Of a stretch of DNA of 64,000 bases, positions 43,461 through 52,385 are shown piece by piece. The notes under the pieces are model-generated. The model was given only the letters and a program-made list of their open reading frames with translations, was not told the origin of the DNA and did not search any database. Position 1 is the first letter of the stretch. Every line of letters begins with the position of its first letter. A program made the position numbers and the translations under genes. This DNA is from Salinibacterium sp. (GTDB lineage: Bacteria > Actinomycetota > Actinomycetes > Actinomycetales > Microbacteriaceae), in NCBI GenBank assembly GCA_004297555.1, contig SCSV01000081.1, positions 826 to 64,825 of the forward strand. Reading direction: 5' to 3'.

Positions 43461-43734
43461 GTTTCACGTACCATTCTGCCTTGCGAAGGTCCGTTAGTCT
43501 GTCCTGCTTGGTAGAGCCGCCCTTGAGGCCGCATCGCCAGAGGTATTTGATGGTGCTCCCGACGTTGAACCCGAAGTGCTCGACGACGGTGATGCACTCG
43601 ACGCCGCTGGGATGGCTTGTATAGTGCGTCGGGTGGTTGATGGCATCGTCGACCTGATCGACGGTGAGCTCAGAAGCTGGCTCCGCTGGATGTTTGACTA
43701 GTGAGGACTGTGACTTTTTGGGATTGTAACGCAT
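43411..43734 (-). CDS. DUF3310 protein (T7 gp1.7-like nucleotide kinase candidate)
   Basis: DAINHPTHYTSHPSGVECI...FNVGSTIKYLWR...DLRKAEWY; start uncertain. Confidence 0.8.
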   Translation of the reverse strand: MRYNPKKSQSSLVKHPAEPASELTVDQVDDAINHPTHYTSHPSGVECITVVEHFGFNVGSTIKYLWRCGLKGGSTKQDRLTDLRKAEWYVKREIQRIEKIQQIENSR

Positions 43735-44110
43735 ACTTCTCCTCTAGGAATTTAAGTACCAACGCTGCCGTGGCAACGGCGCTACTGGAGATGCAATGGA
43801 AGGCTCCGACCGCTTTGGCGATCTCGCCGAAAGCGAGCTGCTCCTGGGTTGTTTTGCTGTTCTTTGGTCGCTTGGTTTCGCAGTAGAAGGACCAGCCGCC
43901 GTACAGTGTACCGACTAGGTCCGGATACCCGTCCTGGCCCATTTGAATCACGCCCTCGCCATGAAGATGCCGATAGAAGCCAACGTGATTCACCCAGAGA
44001 ATCGGGACTGCTCTTCGGCCGCGAAAGACCATGGCTGTCAAAAGAGACCGATGCTCGGCAACGACAAACGACTCGCGGTTTGGCCAGTTGGGAATTGTCT
44101 TAACCTTCAT
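43670..44110 (-). CDS. VRR-NUC (PD-(D/E)xK) nuclease
   Basis: GYPDLVG...FYCETKRP...TQEQLAF. Confidence 0.8.
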   Translation of the reverse strand: MKVKTIPNWPNRESFVVAEHRSLLTAMVFRGRRAVPILWVNHVGFYRHLHGEGVIQMGQDGYPDLVGTLYGGWSFYCETKRPKNSKTTQEQLAFGEIAKAVGAFHCISSSAVATAALVLKFLEEKYALQSQKVTVLTSQTSSGASF

Positions 44111-45537
44111 CGACCGACGATCTCCAGTGCCGATTCACGCACACTCTCGTCGACGGGACGACCAAACATGCCGCGGTACTTTGCGTATGGAGCGCTCGGG
44201 TGATGGCCGAGGCTCCTGGCCTCGAGGATGAACTTGGCGAGTAGCTCGGCCTGTCGCTGCGGCTCCATCTTCTGGATGCTCGCCTTACGCATCTCGCGTA
44301 GCTCCCCGGGAGACTCGATGATAACGCGCTTTTTCTTCTCGAAAACGTGAAGACACTCGCGACCGTCCCAGGTCAGGCCTGGGCACTTCTCGACGCTCGA
44401 TGGCACCACGGACAGGCATTTAGGGCACGTCTTCTGGGACGGAGGCTTTGGCACCCCGCTGGCACGCGGTTCGCCCAAGAGTGAGAATGGGCGATGGTCC
44501 GTGATGCTGCCGTGGCGCCCGGTGTTGCCTGCGTGGTCAAGCAGGATGCAGTCGACCTTGCCCTCGTTTGGTCGCAGTGGACGACCACACATTTGCACGA
44601 AGAGACTTTCGGAGAGCGTGGGCCTGGCCATGATGCCGCATGAGAGTCTTGGCATGTCCCAGCCCTCTGTGAGCACAGTGACGTTACTGATGATTGTTGT
44701 CTGGCCAGAGGCGACTCTGCCCAGAATCGCGACGCGCTGATCGTCGGGCGTATCGGCGTCAAGATGCTCGGCGGTGATTCCCTCTTTGAGGAAACGTTCA
44801 ACGATGTGGCGTGAGTGCTCTATGCCAACAGCGAACACGACCGTGGATCGACCCGGTGCCCACTTTTTCCAGGTCTCGACGAGATTACCAATCAACGTTG
44901 GTCTGTCCATGGCCCGGCCGAGGTCTTTCGAGTTATAGTCCGCGGCTGTCTTTCTGATTCGACGAAGGTCCGGATCGTACGGAGCGAACTCGCGGGCCGG
45001 GACCAGATAGCCTTGCTCGATGAGCTCTGGGATCTGCGCAACGACGACGATTTTCTGGAACCCAGCCTCGGCTAGACCTGTTCCGTCGCCGCGGTACGGC
45101 GTGGCTGTCCAGCCAATGATCCGTGCATTAGGATAGGCCTGAATGATCGTGTGCCAGGTCTCGGAAGTTGCATGATGCGACTCATCGGGTACCACATAGT
45201 CCGCCTCAGGAAACTGCGGCCTATTGATCAACGTTTGGACGCTCGCCACCTGTACTGGCTGCCACGGTTGCACTCGGTAGTGCCCCGCCTTGATCACGCC
45301 GTGAGGTACCTCGAGCGCATCGAGCTTCGCGCTAGTCTGGTCGATCAGCTCCTTACGGTGCGCGAGAACCAGAACCTTTTTGCCGGCTAGGCGGATGCGG
45401 TCGATCATGTCGGCGAACATCACGGTCTTGCCGGAACCGCAAGGCGAGACGACAACGATGGCACGGTAGCCCTCGAGGAGGGCGTTGCGTAGCTCTTTGA
45501 GACCGTTGCGCTGGTAGGGACGGAGCTCAGGCCTCAT
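44107..45537 (-). CDS. SF2 DEAD/DEAH-box helicase with C-terminal Zn ribbon
   Basis: SPCGSGKT, DESH, TATP, LTEGWD, QMCGRPLR, CPKC. Confidence 0.92.
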   Translation of the reverse strand: MRPELRPYQRNGLKELRNALLEGYRAIVVVSPCGSGKTVMFADMIDRIRLAGKKVLVLAHRKELIDQTSAKLDALEVPHGVIKAGHYRVQPWQPVQVASVQTLINRPQFPEADYVVPDESHHATSETWHTIIQAYPNARIIGWTATPYRGDGTGLAEAGFQKIVVVAQIPELIEQGYLVPAREFAPYDPDLRRIRKTAADYNSKDLGRAMDRPTLIGNLVETWKKWAPGRSTVVFAVGIEHSRHIVERFLKEGITAEHLDADTPDDQRVAILGRVASGQTTIISNVTVLTEGWDMPRLSCGIMARPTLSESLFVQMCGRPLRPNEGKVDCILLDHAGNTGRHGSITDHRPFSLLGEPRASGVPKPPSQKTCPKCLSVVPSSVEKCPGLTWDGRECLHVFEKKKRVIIESPGELREMRKASIQKMEPQRQAELLAKFILEARSLGHHPSAPYAKYRGMFGRPVDESVRESALEIVGR

Positions 45538-45891
45538 TCAGGATAACCTCAGCGGCGAGCCAATTCGTTCAGAGATTTCATTCCACTTCGAGGCGGTAAG
45601 AACTCCAAGATCCGGAAGACCGGCCGCAGCAGCCAGAAGATCGAGATAGACAACAACGTCAGCAATCTCTCGTCCCAATTCCCGCACCAGCAACTCCCTG
45701 GAGGGTTCTCCGGCATTTCCCGGGAAGCCACCATCGATGCGTCGCAGCTTTTTCGCGATGTTCGCGGCCTCGCCCATCTCGCCGGCAGCCGCGCCCGCCC
45801 ACTCCAGAAGTGTCCAGTCGCTGAGCTGCTTGCGGTAACCTTCGCGGCACCGCACGATGTTCTGCTCGCGAAGGTTGAGAAAAGTTGTCAT
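45538..45891 (-). CDS. MazG-like NTP pyrophosphohydrolase
   Basis: GEMGEAANIAKK...GREIADVVVYLDLLA. Confidence 0.8.
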   Translation of the reverse strand: MTTFLNLREQNIVRCREGYRKQLSDWTLLEWAGAAAGEMGEAANIAKKLRRIDGGFPGNAGEPSRELLVRELGREIADVVVYLDLLAAAAGLPDLGVLTASKWNEISERIGSPLRLS

Positions 45892-46748
45892 CGCATATTC
45901 TCCACTGCCTGGATTGCTCTACCGATCATTTCGGCACACTGCGGGACAACCGAGTTTCCCAAAGCCTTGAGACGGTTTTTTCTGGCAAAGCTGTCCAGGA
46001 GACGGGGAAGCCCTGGAGCGTCTCGACCCAGTCTGGGTTTAGCTCGTGGAGGTTCCCACGCACGCTGTGGTTCGTCGCGCCCCGCTGGAAAGCGCAGGCC
46101 TGCTCGTTCAGTGGACGCGAATTCTTGGTCGAGGTTTTGACTGAGGCTCTCGCGTCCTTGCAATCTCTCGCCTGCGGTATCGCGAATAAACTGCCGAGAC
46201 TGTGCCGGATCTTCCCCACCCTGCCGGCCGCTCCGCCGCGATTGGAGCCGTATGTTGTCGCTGATGGCGTGGGCCACAATCCAGACGCGTCGCCTAAGGT
46301 GCGGTGCGCCGATGTCGTGAGCCCCCAGAACCACCGCTTCTGTTTCGTAGCCCGCTTCTTCCAGCTTCGACAGAATCCAGTCAAGCCCGCGAGGTTGCAA
46401 AGAAACGAGACCAGGAGGATTCTCTGCCACGACCCAGCGCGGGTGGCATTCAGAAACCACTCTGAGAAAATCCGGCCAGAGCCATCGTTCATCATCTGCA
46501 CCGCGCCTTTTGCCCGCAACGCTCGCCGGCTGACAAGGCGGGCCGCCGCTGACGAGGTCAACATATCCTCGAAGAGCGGTAGCTGAGTAGGTCTTGATGT
46601 CGTCATGCTGCGGCACCATCGGCCAATGCTTTTCCAACACAGCCCTGCACCACGGGTCGATCTCCACAAAGCCGACATGTTCCCACCCTAGTCGCTGCCA
46701 AGCTAGTGGGAACCCGCCGATACCAGCGAAGAGCTCCAGACATCTCAA
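45888..46748 (-). CDS. C5-cytosine DNA methyltransferase, alpha polypeptide
   Basis: LELFAGIGG (I), GGPPCQ (IV), VAENPPG (VI), RRRVW (VIII), LKALGNSVVP (X); TTG start coupled at 46748. Confidence 0.9.
   Translation of the reverse strand: MRCLELFAGIGGFPLAWQRLGWEHVGFVEIDPWCRAVLEKHWPMVPQHDDIKTYSATALRGYVDLVSGGPPCQPASVAGKRRGADDERWLWPDFLRVVSECHPRWVVAENPPGLVSLQPRGLDWILSKLEEAGYETEAVVLGAHDIGAPHLRRRVWIVAHAISDNIRLQSRRSGRQGGEDPAQSRQFIRDTAGERLQGRESLSQNLDQEFASTERAGLRFPAGRDEPQRAWEPPRAKPRLGRDAPGLPRLLDSFARKNRLKALGNSVVPQCAEMIGRAIQAVENMR
45926..46606 (-). CDS. C5-cytosine methyltransferase, beta polypeptide in an alternative frame
   Basis: LWPTPSA and motif IX-like LNPDWVETLQGFPVSWT; that motif is absent from the alpha frame. 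Confidence 0.75.
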   Translation of the reverse strand: MTTSRPTQLPLFEDMLTSSAAARLVSRRALRAKGAVQMMNDGSGRIFSEWFLNATRAGSWQRILLVSFLCNLAGLTGFCRSWKKRATKQKRWFWGLTTSAHRTLGDASGLWPTPSATTYGSNRGGAAGRVGKIRHSLGSLFAIPQARDCKDARASVKTSTKNSRPLNEQACAFQRGATNHSVRGNLHELNPDWVETLQGFPVSWTALPEKTVSRLWETRLSRSVPK

Positions 46749-47089
46749 GCCGACCCCTCTGTGGCCAAACACTCCGGATGCTTCACCGGTCCATCGCCCA
46801 TCGTGGCCGCAGCGGCAGCGGTGACCTCGACCGGTCCTCCGCAGCCAACGCACTTTCTCACAGTTGCAAGCCAGGGGGCAAGCTCCTCTCGAGGGAACAG
46901 CGAGGCGTTCGCGTGGTACCCCTTGAGCGGTTTACCGAGCATGTCACGCCTGACCTCCTGGAGCTCGACGAGGACGTCCATCGCCAACGGGTCGCGTCCC
47001 CTCGATCGCTCCTCCCACTTCCTGATTCGCTTGTCCAGCCGCAGGATTACGGCTCGAGATACCCCGGAGTTGGAGCGAGTTTTCTTCAT
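46745..47089 (-). CDS. Hypothetical protein with Zn motif
   Basis: CVGCG...KHPEC; coupled ORF. Confidence 0.55.
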   Translation of the reverse strand: MKKTRSNSGVSRAVILRLDKRIRKWEERSRGRDPLAMDVLVELQEVRRDMLGKPLKGYHANASLFPREELAPWLATVRKCVGCGGPVEVTAAAAATMGDGPVKHPECLATEGSA

Positions 47090-47370
47090 ACGTCCTCGAA
47101 GAGCGAGCCCTGCGGCCCGGCGGGTGGTTCAGGCTTTCGCGACGACTTCCTGGACACGTAGTCGTCATCGCCCGGTTTCGCCACCCGCCGGGCGGTCGGC
47201 GTTTTAACAGGCTCCTCCTCCTCGAACCCGACCAAGTCTTTCGCTAGCAGGCGTAGGCCCGCCTCGACGTCCTTCTCGGCATCGCGCCGAGCGTCGAGAT
47301 CCTTGAATCGCAAGTACCGCACGATGTTGGCGGTCCGGCTCTTGAACTCGAGACGAGTGAGGAGAAGCAC
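47086..47370 (-). CDS. Hypothetical protein ending in QGSLFEDV
   Basis: Coupled ORF; possible clamp-binding motif. Confidence 0.55.
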   Translation of the reverse strand: MLLLTRLEFKSRTANIVRYLRFKDLDARRDAEKDVEAGLRLLAKDLVGFEEEEPVKTPTARRVAKPGDDDYVSRKSSRKPEPPAGPQGSLFEDV

Positions 47371-47383
47371 TGATCAGTTGCCC

Positions 47384-47851
47384 TCAGAACGGAACGTCGT
47401 CATCGTCTGTGGAGGAAGAGGCTGCGGCTCCAACCGGATCGGCCGCCCTGAGCGCCTCACGTACGTTGATCTCGACGTCGGCTGTTACCGCGGTGACGCC
47501 CCTGACATTCACCCAGCCATTCTTCTCGACCAGCCTGACCTCTGCGATGGCGCCAATCGGCGCCGAGTCATCGAAAGAGAGCTGGTTCGAGCCGGATTGC
47601 TGAAGCTCGACGCCAAGCGTCTCCATGCGGCGTAGGAGGAAACCCTTGCCCATGTCGCTGTCGAGATCGAAGCGTTCGTATGCGCTTTTGCCGGCATTCT
47701 CGCCGGATGCCACGACCCACTTCATGATGTACTTGTTGTCGCTCTGTTTGGTCCAGGCCTTGGCGACATACATGATATAGACGCCTGCAGGCGCTGGCTC
47801 GCTGCCAGCGGATGCTTTCCTGGCCTCGTCAACACTTCCGATCCTTGGCAT
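47384..47851 (-). CDS. Single-stranded DNA-binding protein (DUF669-like)
   Basis: PAPAGVYIMYV...OB-like strands; acidic tail DDDDVPF. Confidence 0.75.
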   Translation of the reverse strand: MPRIGSVDEARKASAGSEPAPAGVYIMYVAKAWTKQSDNKYIMKWVVASGENAGKSAYERFDLDSDMGKGFLLRRMETLGVELQQSGSNQLSFDDSAPIGAIAEVRLVEKNGWVNVRGVTAVTADVEINVREALRAADPVGAAASSSTDDDDVPF

Positions 47852-49369
47852 TCAGTCTCCCTCCGTTTTTGTATTGATCGTTTCGAACTTCAGGCCTTCG
47901 AGCGGGACGGTCCCGCGTTCCTGACAAGTGGCGCACGACAGTCTCTGCGGATCCTGGCCCTTGCACGAGGGGCACGGCTCTGTGTCGGCCACGATCGTGA
48001 CGAAGGCCTGTAGCCCGGACTCCTCGACGAATTGCTCGAAGAGCTCGCGATGCCGCGAGTCGAGCGCTTCGAACCCATCCGCACACACGAGTGGGCAATC
48101 GCCCGCCCGCATCCGGGCAAGTTGAAAACAGATTTTGATTTTGGTCTCTTCGTTGAGACGGTCGAAGGCGACGCCGTTGATCCAGATGTCCCCGTCCCGA
48201 ATCTCTAGACCAGGGATGCCGACACGCGTGATGAGCTGCTCCTTGAGCGAGTCGATGCCATCGATCGCCGCGGACTGCTGGTCGGCGTGGGTAGAGAGTT
48301 CAACGATCTCACGTTTATACTTCTCGATGGTCTGGCGCGTGTTGCGCGTCACAGCGATCGAGGACTCGGCTACCTCTGCCTTTGCGATGGCTGCAGCTAG
48401 CTCCGCGAGCTGGCCCGAGAACTGTTCGTCCGCCGCAGAGCGGTCGGCGAGTGCCTTGGCGTTCAGTTTTTCCGTGAACTCGGCGAGTCGAGCGTTCAGA
48501 GCCGCCGTGGCCTTCTCCTGCTCGAGCGCGGCTGCGTCCTGCAGCTCGCGGGCCGCGCGCCGCGCCTCGTCCACGATAGCGCTGGCTTTCCGGTCGGCCT
48601 CAGCGCGGTCCGCCTTGATCGACTCCATCTTCGCCCGGAACTTCTTGTCGAGAGCTACCTCCGCCGCGCTCTTCTCGCCGGCGATACGGGCACGCTCCGA
48701 CTGGCGTCCAGACTCGAGCTCCTGCTGTCGTTGCCTCAGCTCTGCGAGACCACCTATCGACTCCGGATCGACCTCAGGAAGCGTTCTAGTGAGCTCCTCG
48801 CACGTCTTCTTCTTCGCCGTGATCTGACCATTGATCCCCGTGCGCTCGTCATAGAAGGCCTTCCGTAGGCGGTAGAGGAGGTCGAATCCGTTGCGCTCCT
48901 CGCCAGTCTGACGATACGGGAATCCCGTGGCCTTCGTGATCTCCTCGGCCGAGACGTTGACCGGCACAGTCTCTATGAACCATGAGACCCGCTGCTTCGG
49001 CGGAGCGTGGAAGAAGGCGAGCGGATTGAGGCTCAGAGCGTCGGCTAGGGCCGAGAGGAACTTCGCCCCACTCCCCGGGAGCTTCTTTCCGGCGGGGTCG
49101 AAAATCTCGACCTTGTTCGAGCCATCGGCATCGTAGACGCGACGACCGCGGTACCCGTCGTCGAACTCGACCGCGACTTCTCCGGACTCGGCTCCCTTTC
49201 GGACGATGGTGACGTCCTTGCCGCCCGTGAAGAAGGCCTTGATGATTTCGACGATCGAGGTCTTACCACACTCGTTGGGACCCTTGGCGATCGTCAGGCC
49301 GCTCCCGAGCTTGACCTCTAGGTCCTCGAAAGCTAGGAGCTGACGAGTGGAAACCTTGGTGACCTTCAC
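47852..49369 (-). CDS. SMC/Rad50-like ATPase with central coiled coil
   Basis: Walker A GPNECGKT; signature-like LNEET; Walker B VCADGFEALD. Confidence 0.8.
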   Translation of the reverse strand: MKVTKVSTRQLLAFEDLEVKLGSGLTIAKGPNECGKTSIVEIIKAFFTGGKDVTIVRKGAESGEVAVEFDDGYRGRRVYDADGSNKVEIFDPAGKKLPGSGAKFLSALADALSLNPLAFFHAPPKQRVSWFIETVPVNVSAEEITKATGFPYRQTGEERNGFDLLYRLRKAFYDERTGINGQITAKKKTCEELTRTLPEVDPESIGGLAELRQRQQELESGRQSERARIAGEKSAAEVALDKKFRAKMESIKADRAEADRKASAIVDEARRAARELQDAAALEQEKATAALNARLAEFTEKLNAKALADRSAADEQFSGQLAELAAAIAKAEVAESSIAVTRNTRQTIEKYKREIVELSTHADQQSAAIDGIDSLKEQLITRVGIPGLEIRDGDIWINGVAFDRLNEETKIKICFQLARMRAGDCPLVCADGFEALDSRHRELFEQFVEESGLQAFVTIVADTEPCPSCKGQDPQRLSCATCQERGTVPLEGLKFETINTKTEGD

Positions 49370-49647
49370 TTGCGCAGATCCTCCACGAGTTCGAGTAAGA
49401 ACTTGATATCCTGCCAGGCCTTCGCCATGAACTCCAGATCCGATCGTTGCACATTGAGGTATTCCGAGGCACCAAGGACTTCGTGTCCGGTCGCATCAAC
49501 GATGCAATCCTCTTGCGTCTTCGCTATGAACGAGGTTCCGTTTGCCGTATAGCGTACCAATTCCCCGGTCTCCACGATTTTCCATGGGCCGGGTTTCGTG
49601 GTCGAGCTGAACCTGGCCCTTATCTGGGCTAAAATTTCCTCGTTCAC
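49366..49647 (-). CDS. Ead/Ea22-like small phage protein
   Basis: TKPGPW...DLEFMAKAWQDIKFLLELVEDLR. Confidence 0.6.
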   Translation of the reverse strand: MNEEILAQIRARFSSTTKPGPWKIVETGELVRYTANGTSFIAKTQEDCIVDATGHEVLGASEYLNVQRSDLEFMAKAWQDIKFLLELVEDLRK

Positions 49648-50864
49648 GCCGTAGCCTTCACGTCATCGAAATTGAAGTCGAGATCGGGATCCGCGGGCGG
49701 CTTGGCCGCCTCGACGGGCTTGGCGAACTCCCTAATCTCTGTCGTTGCCACGGTCGGCGCAGGCTTTTCAGGCTTCAGAATCGCCAGAAGCTTCTGCCGG
49801 CCCACACGGAGTTCCTCGACCGACATCGCCTCGAGTTTCGCCCAGGCGCCCGTATCGAAGGCCTTCCTGAGGGCCGAGGCCTTCGCCCCCTTGGCCACGT
49901 CCGTGATGCCAGGGTGCGCCAGCATCAGATCGTTCTTGATCTCCTCGAGGATCGTCTTGCGCTCACGCACCTCGCGGTCCGCGCTACCCTCGCCAGACTC
50001 GTCGAACCCGAACTTGCTCTTCAGGGAGACGTCTACACCCGGCGTACTGCCGGCGGTTAGCAGGCGAAGATGAGGCCCGAAGAACTTCTTCACCTCGGCC
50101 AAGGCCTTCGCATTGTCCGTGGTCGATGTGAACGACCACGACTGGCCGTCGAGGACGTTGAACCTATCACCGAGGACCGTGGCTCGGCGCGTGATCTTAG
50201 GGACCTTCGAGCCGGCGACGAATTCCTGCTCCGCTTCCATCTCGATGAGCAGGCTTGGCTCGTACGAGAACTCGCCCTCGACTTTCATCTTGACACTGTC
50301 GCGCACGAGCTCTTTGTTGCCGGTCTCTTCGTCCTTTTCCATGTGAACGTCGAATCCGGCACGACCACAGACGACGATCGAGATTCCGGTGTTCAGATAC
50401 CAGTCGGACCACGCAGCCCACCGAGTCTTGATCGCGTCCCAGTCCTGGAACTCGAGCTTTTTCTTCTGGTACTTTTTCCCGGCGGCGGCCAGCGCCTCAT
50501 TGCGCTCCTTCAGGTAGGCAGCGCAGAGCTCCCTCCACGGGTGGGTGATCGAATCGACGACGATCGCGCCGACATTCGCCTCTTCGCACGCACGAGCAAA
50601 GGCGATTAGGTCCGGAAACGATCGCGCCTTCTTCACGAGTGGGTCGAGACCAGTCAGCTCCTTGATGATGTGTTTGGTGTACAGCGAGCCAGTCTCGGTA
50701 TCGAAAAAGGCGATCGGCCCCTTCTGCCCGAGAGCCTCGCGAGCAGCGATGGCGAGCATAACGGCCGTGTAGGTCTTTCCGCTCTTTCCGAAGCCGAGAA
50801 TCCCGGCCTTGGCCGCGCCAGCGCCCTCGGAGACATCATCCCAGGTGAATTTCAATTCAGGCAT
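49644..50864 (-). CDS. AAA_24/Sak4-like ATPase (recombination/annealing)
   Basis: GFGKSGKT, FFDTE, IVVDSITHPW; adjacent to SSB-like and SMC-like genes. Confidence 0.8.
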   Translation of the reverse strand: MPELKFTWDDVSEGAGAAKAGILGFGKSGKTYTAVMLAIAAREALGQKGPIAFFDTETGSLYTKHIIKELTGLDPLVKKARSFPDLIAFARACEEANVGAIVVDSITHPWRELCAAYLKERNEALAAAGKKYQKKKLEFQDWDAIKTRWAAWSDWYLNTGISIVVCGRAGFDVHMEKDEETGNKELVRDSVKMKVEGEFSYEPSLLIEMEAEQEFVAGSKVPKITRRATVLGDRFNVLDGQSWSFTSTTDNAKALAEVKKFFGPHLRLLTAGSTPGVDVSLKSKFGFDESGEGSADREVRERKTILEEIKNDLMLAHPGITDVAKGAKASALRKAFDTGAWAKLEAMSVEELRVGRQKLLAILKPEKPAPTVATTEIREFAKPVEAAKPPADPDLDFNFDDVKATA

Positions 50865-50876
50865 TTTTCTCCCTTC

Positions 50877-51077
50877 CTATTTTAGAGTTGTAAACAAGGC
50901 GACGGCCAAGCCGATGCCGAAACAAATAATTGACAAGATGATCGAAAACCCGGCCAATTGTCGTTGGGTTCGATGTGGCCAGGAATGGTTATTGGTGTAA
51001 GTCAGCGCAATATAGAGACAGCCGGTCAAGACGATGTATTGGGTCAAAAACTCGCAGCAGAATTGGAAATTCTTCAT
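50877..51077 (-). CDS. Small 2-TM membrane protein
   Basis: Two hydrophobic segments; lower GC. Confidence 0.5.
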   Translation of the reverse strand: MKNFQFCCEFLTQYIVLTGCLYIALTYTNNHSWPHRTQRQLAGFSIILSIICFGIGLAVALFTTLK

Positions 51078-51345
51078 GGCCGCCGCCGCCCACGCATCAG
51101 CATGCGCTGGAAAAGCAAGCGACCTGATCGCTGCTTGTCGTCTGGGGCCGGATCGCTGTCGAGCCTACCTGTGCGATCTCTGAGGTGAGCGGTGCGCTCG
51201 AACCACGGAACGTATTCAGTGACGGAATCGATGTCTACCTTTGGGCTCCAGCCCTTTGGTGACATCGCGTCGCCAAGGGCAATGCGTTCACGCTGGAGCC
51301 TCGCGAAAGAGGCAAATATGGCCTTGACCTCTCGTTGAAGCTGGC

Positions 51346-51846
51346 TCAAGATGCCGCTCGTAAGGTTTCGAGTGGTCGATCGCTTTCGTCGTCCGGGAGC
51401 GCGATGAGCTGCATCGTACCCACCTCGACAACCCATCCACGTGTGAGACCAACAAGATCGATCTTGATCTTGGCCTGGTCGCCGAGGTTGGTGTCATACA
51501 GAATGGCCTCGACGCGATCGGGAGTGATCGTTTCCCACTCGGAGAATCGGAGCCAGCGACCGTCACGGTGGACGGAGCGAACGCGGTACGAGAAGCTGAC
51601 GTCGCTACCATCGATGAGCCCTGTGACCCTCGGTCCAGAGTCCGCAAGGTCCTCGATCCTGAGCGTCGGGTCCGCAAGATTCTCTCGCAGGACTGGAGCC
51701 AGGATCGACGCTTCGAGCAGGCTGAAGCATCGGCCGCTTCCGTCCAGCATTCGCGAGACCGTGGCCTCTGACAGCCCCAGAAGAACACCGAGCTCACGTT
51801 TCTTTAGGTTCGCTCGCTCACAAAGGCCTCGGATCTTTTCGTTCAT
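51346..51846 (-). CDS. XRE-family HTH transcriptional regulator
   Basis: LKKRELGVLLGLSEATVSRMLDG. Confidence 0.75.
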   Translation of the reverse strand: MNEKIRGLCERANLKKRELGVLLGLSEATVSRMLDGSGRCFSLLEASILAPVLRENLADPTLRIEDLADSGPRVTGLIDGSDVSFSYRVRSVHRDGRWLRFSEWETITPDRVEAILYDTNLGDQAKIKIDLVGLTRGWVVEVGTMQLIALPDDESDRPLETLRAAS

Positions 51847-51856
51847 CGCAGACCCG

Positions 51857-51885
51857 AAGATAGGGCGTAGTTTTCAAAAATGCAA
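51857..51885 (-). promoter_or_regulatory. Promoter of the HTH/replication operon
   Basis: TTGCAT (51880-51885), 17 bp, TATCTT (51857-51862); ATG 10 nt later, no SD. Confidence 0.6.
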
Positions 51886-51914
51886 GGGTCGGTAGATCAA
51901 AACTGAAAAATAGA

Positions 51915-52259
51915 TTACGCAGGAGTGTTCGAAATTGGGACGGCAGCCAGACGCCGCGCCGTAAACTCGGCCACCCAGTCGTCATTCTGCTTTGAGACCT
52001 CGCGGCAGCGCGCGATCGCGATGGCCTGACGCCGCTGGCATGCCTCGCGAAGCGCCTCGACCATGCCGATGACTATGAATTTATTCTCAGGAGCCTGTAG
52101 GGCAAAGGCGGCGATCTGATTGGCTACAGGCCTGGCCAGCGCGTCCATGCGTTGAAACTCGGCCTCAACCGATTCAAGGTCCGTGAGTGTGGGGCCAGAG
52201 AGGATCTCTGAGACGGTGTTTTCGACGGTTTTCGTGAGGAAATGGAGCGGTTCGTTCAT
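51915..52259 (-). CDS. Hypothetical helical protein
   Basis: ATG 6 nt after the predicted -10 box. Confidence 0.55.
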   Translation of the reverse strand: MNEPLHFLTKTVENTVSEILSGPTLTDLESVEAEFQRMDALARPVANQIAAFALQAPENKFIVIGMVEALREACQRRQAIAIARCREVSKQNDDWVAEFTARRLAAVPISNTPA

Positions 52260-52265
52260 GCCGCC

Positions 52266-52294
52266 AACATGCGCCCGCAAGCCAGCGAAGTCAA
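52266..52294 (-). promoter_or_regulatory. Promoter, probably leaderless
   Basis: TTGACT (52289-52294), 17 bp, CATGTT (52266-52271). Confidence 0.5.
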
Positions 52295-52298
52295 GAGT

Positions 52299-52333
52299 CG
52301 GAGCCGGCAGAACCGCCCGGAGTGCCGGCTCCG
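52299..52333. repeat. 11-bp perfect inverted repeat at the end of the tail operon
   Basis: CGGAGCCGGCA-N13-TGCCGGCTCCG; no U-tract. Confidence 0.7.
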
Positions 52334-52385
52334 GCGCGGATCCGCCCCGCACTGTGCGCCCGGCACCCAGCCGAGAGTCGGGTTC

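Noticed and set aside
52299-52333. Inverted repeat as an intrinsic terminator
   Set aside because: No poly-U tail on either strand; kept only as an inverted repeat.
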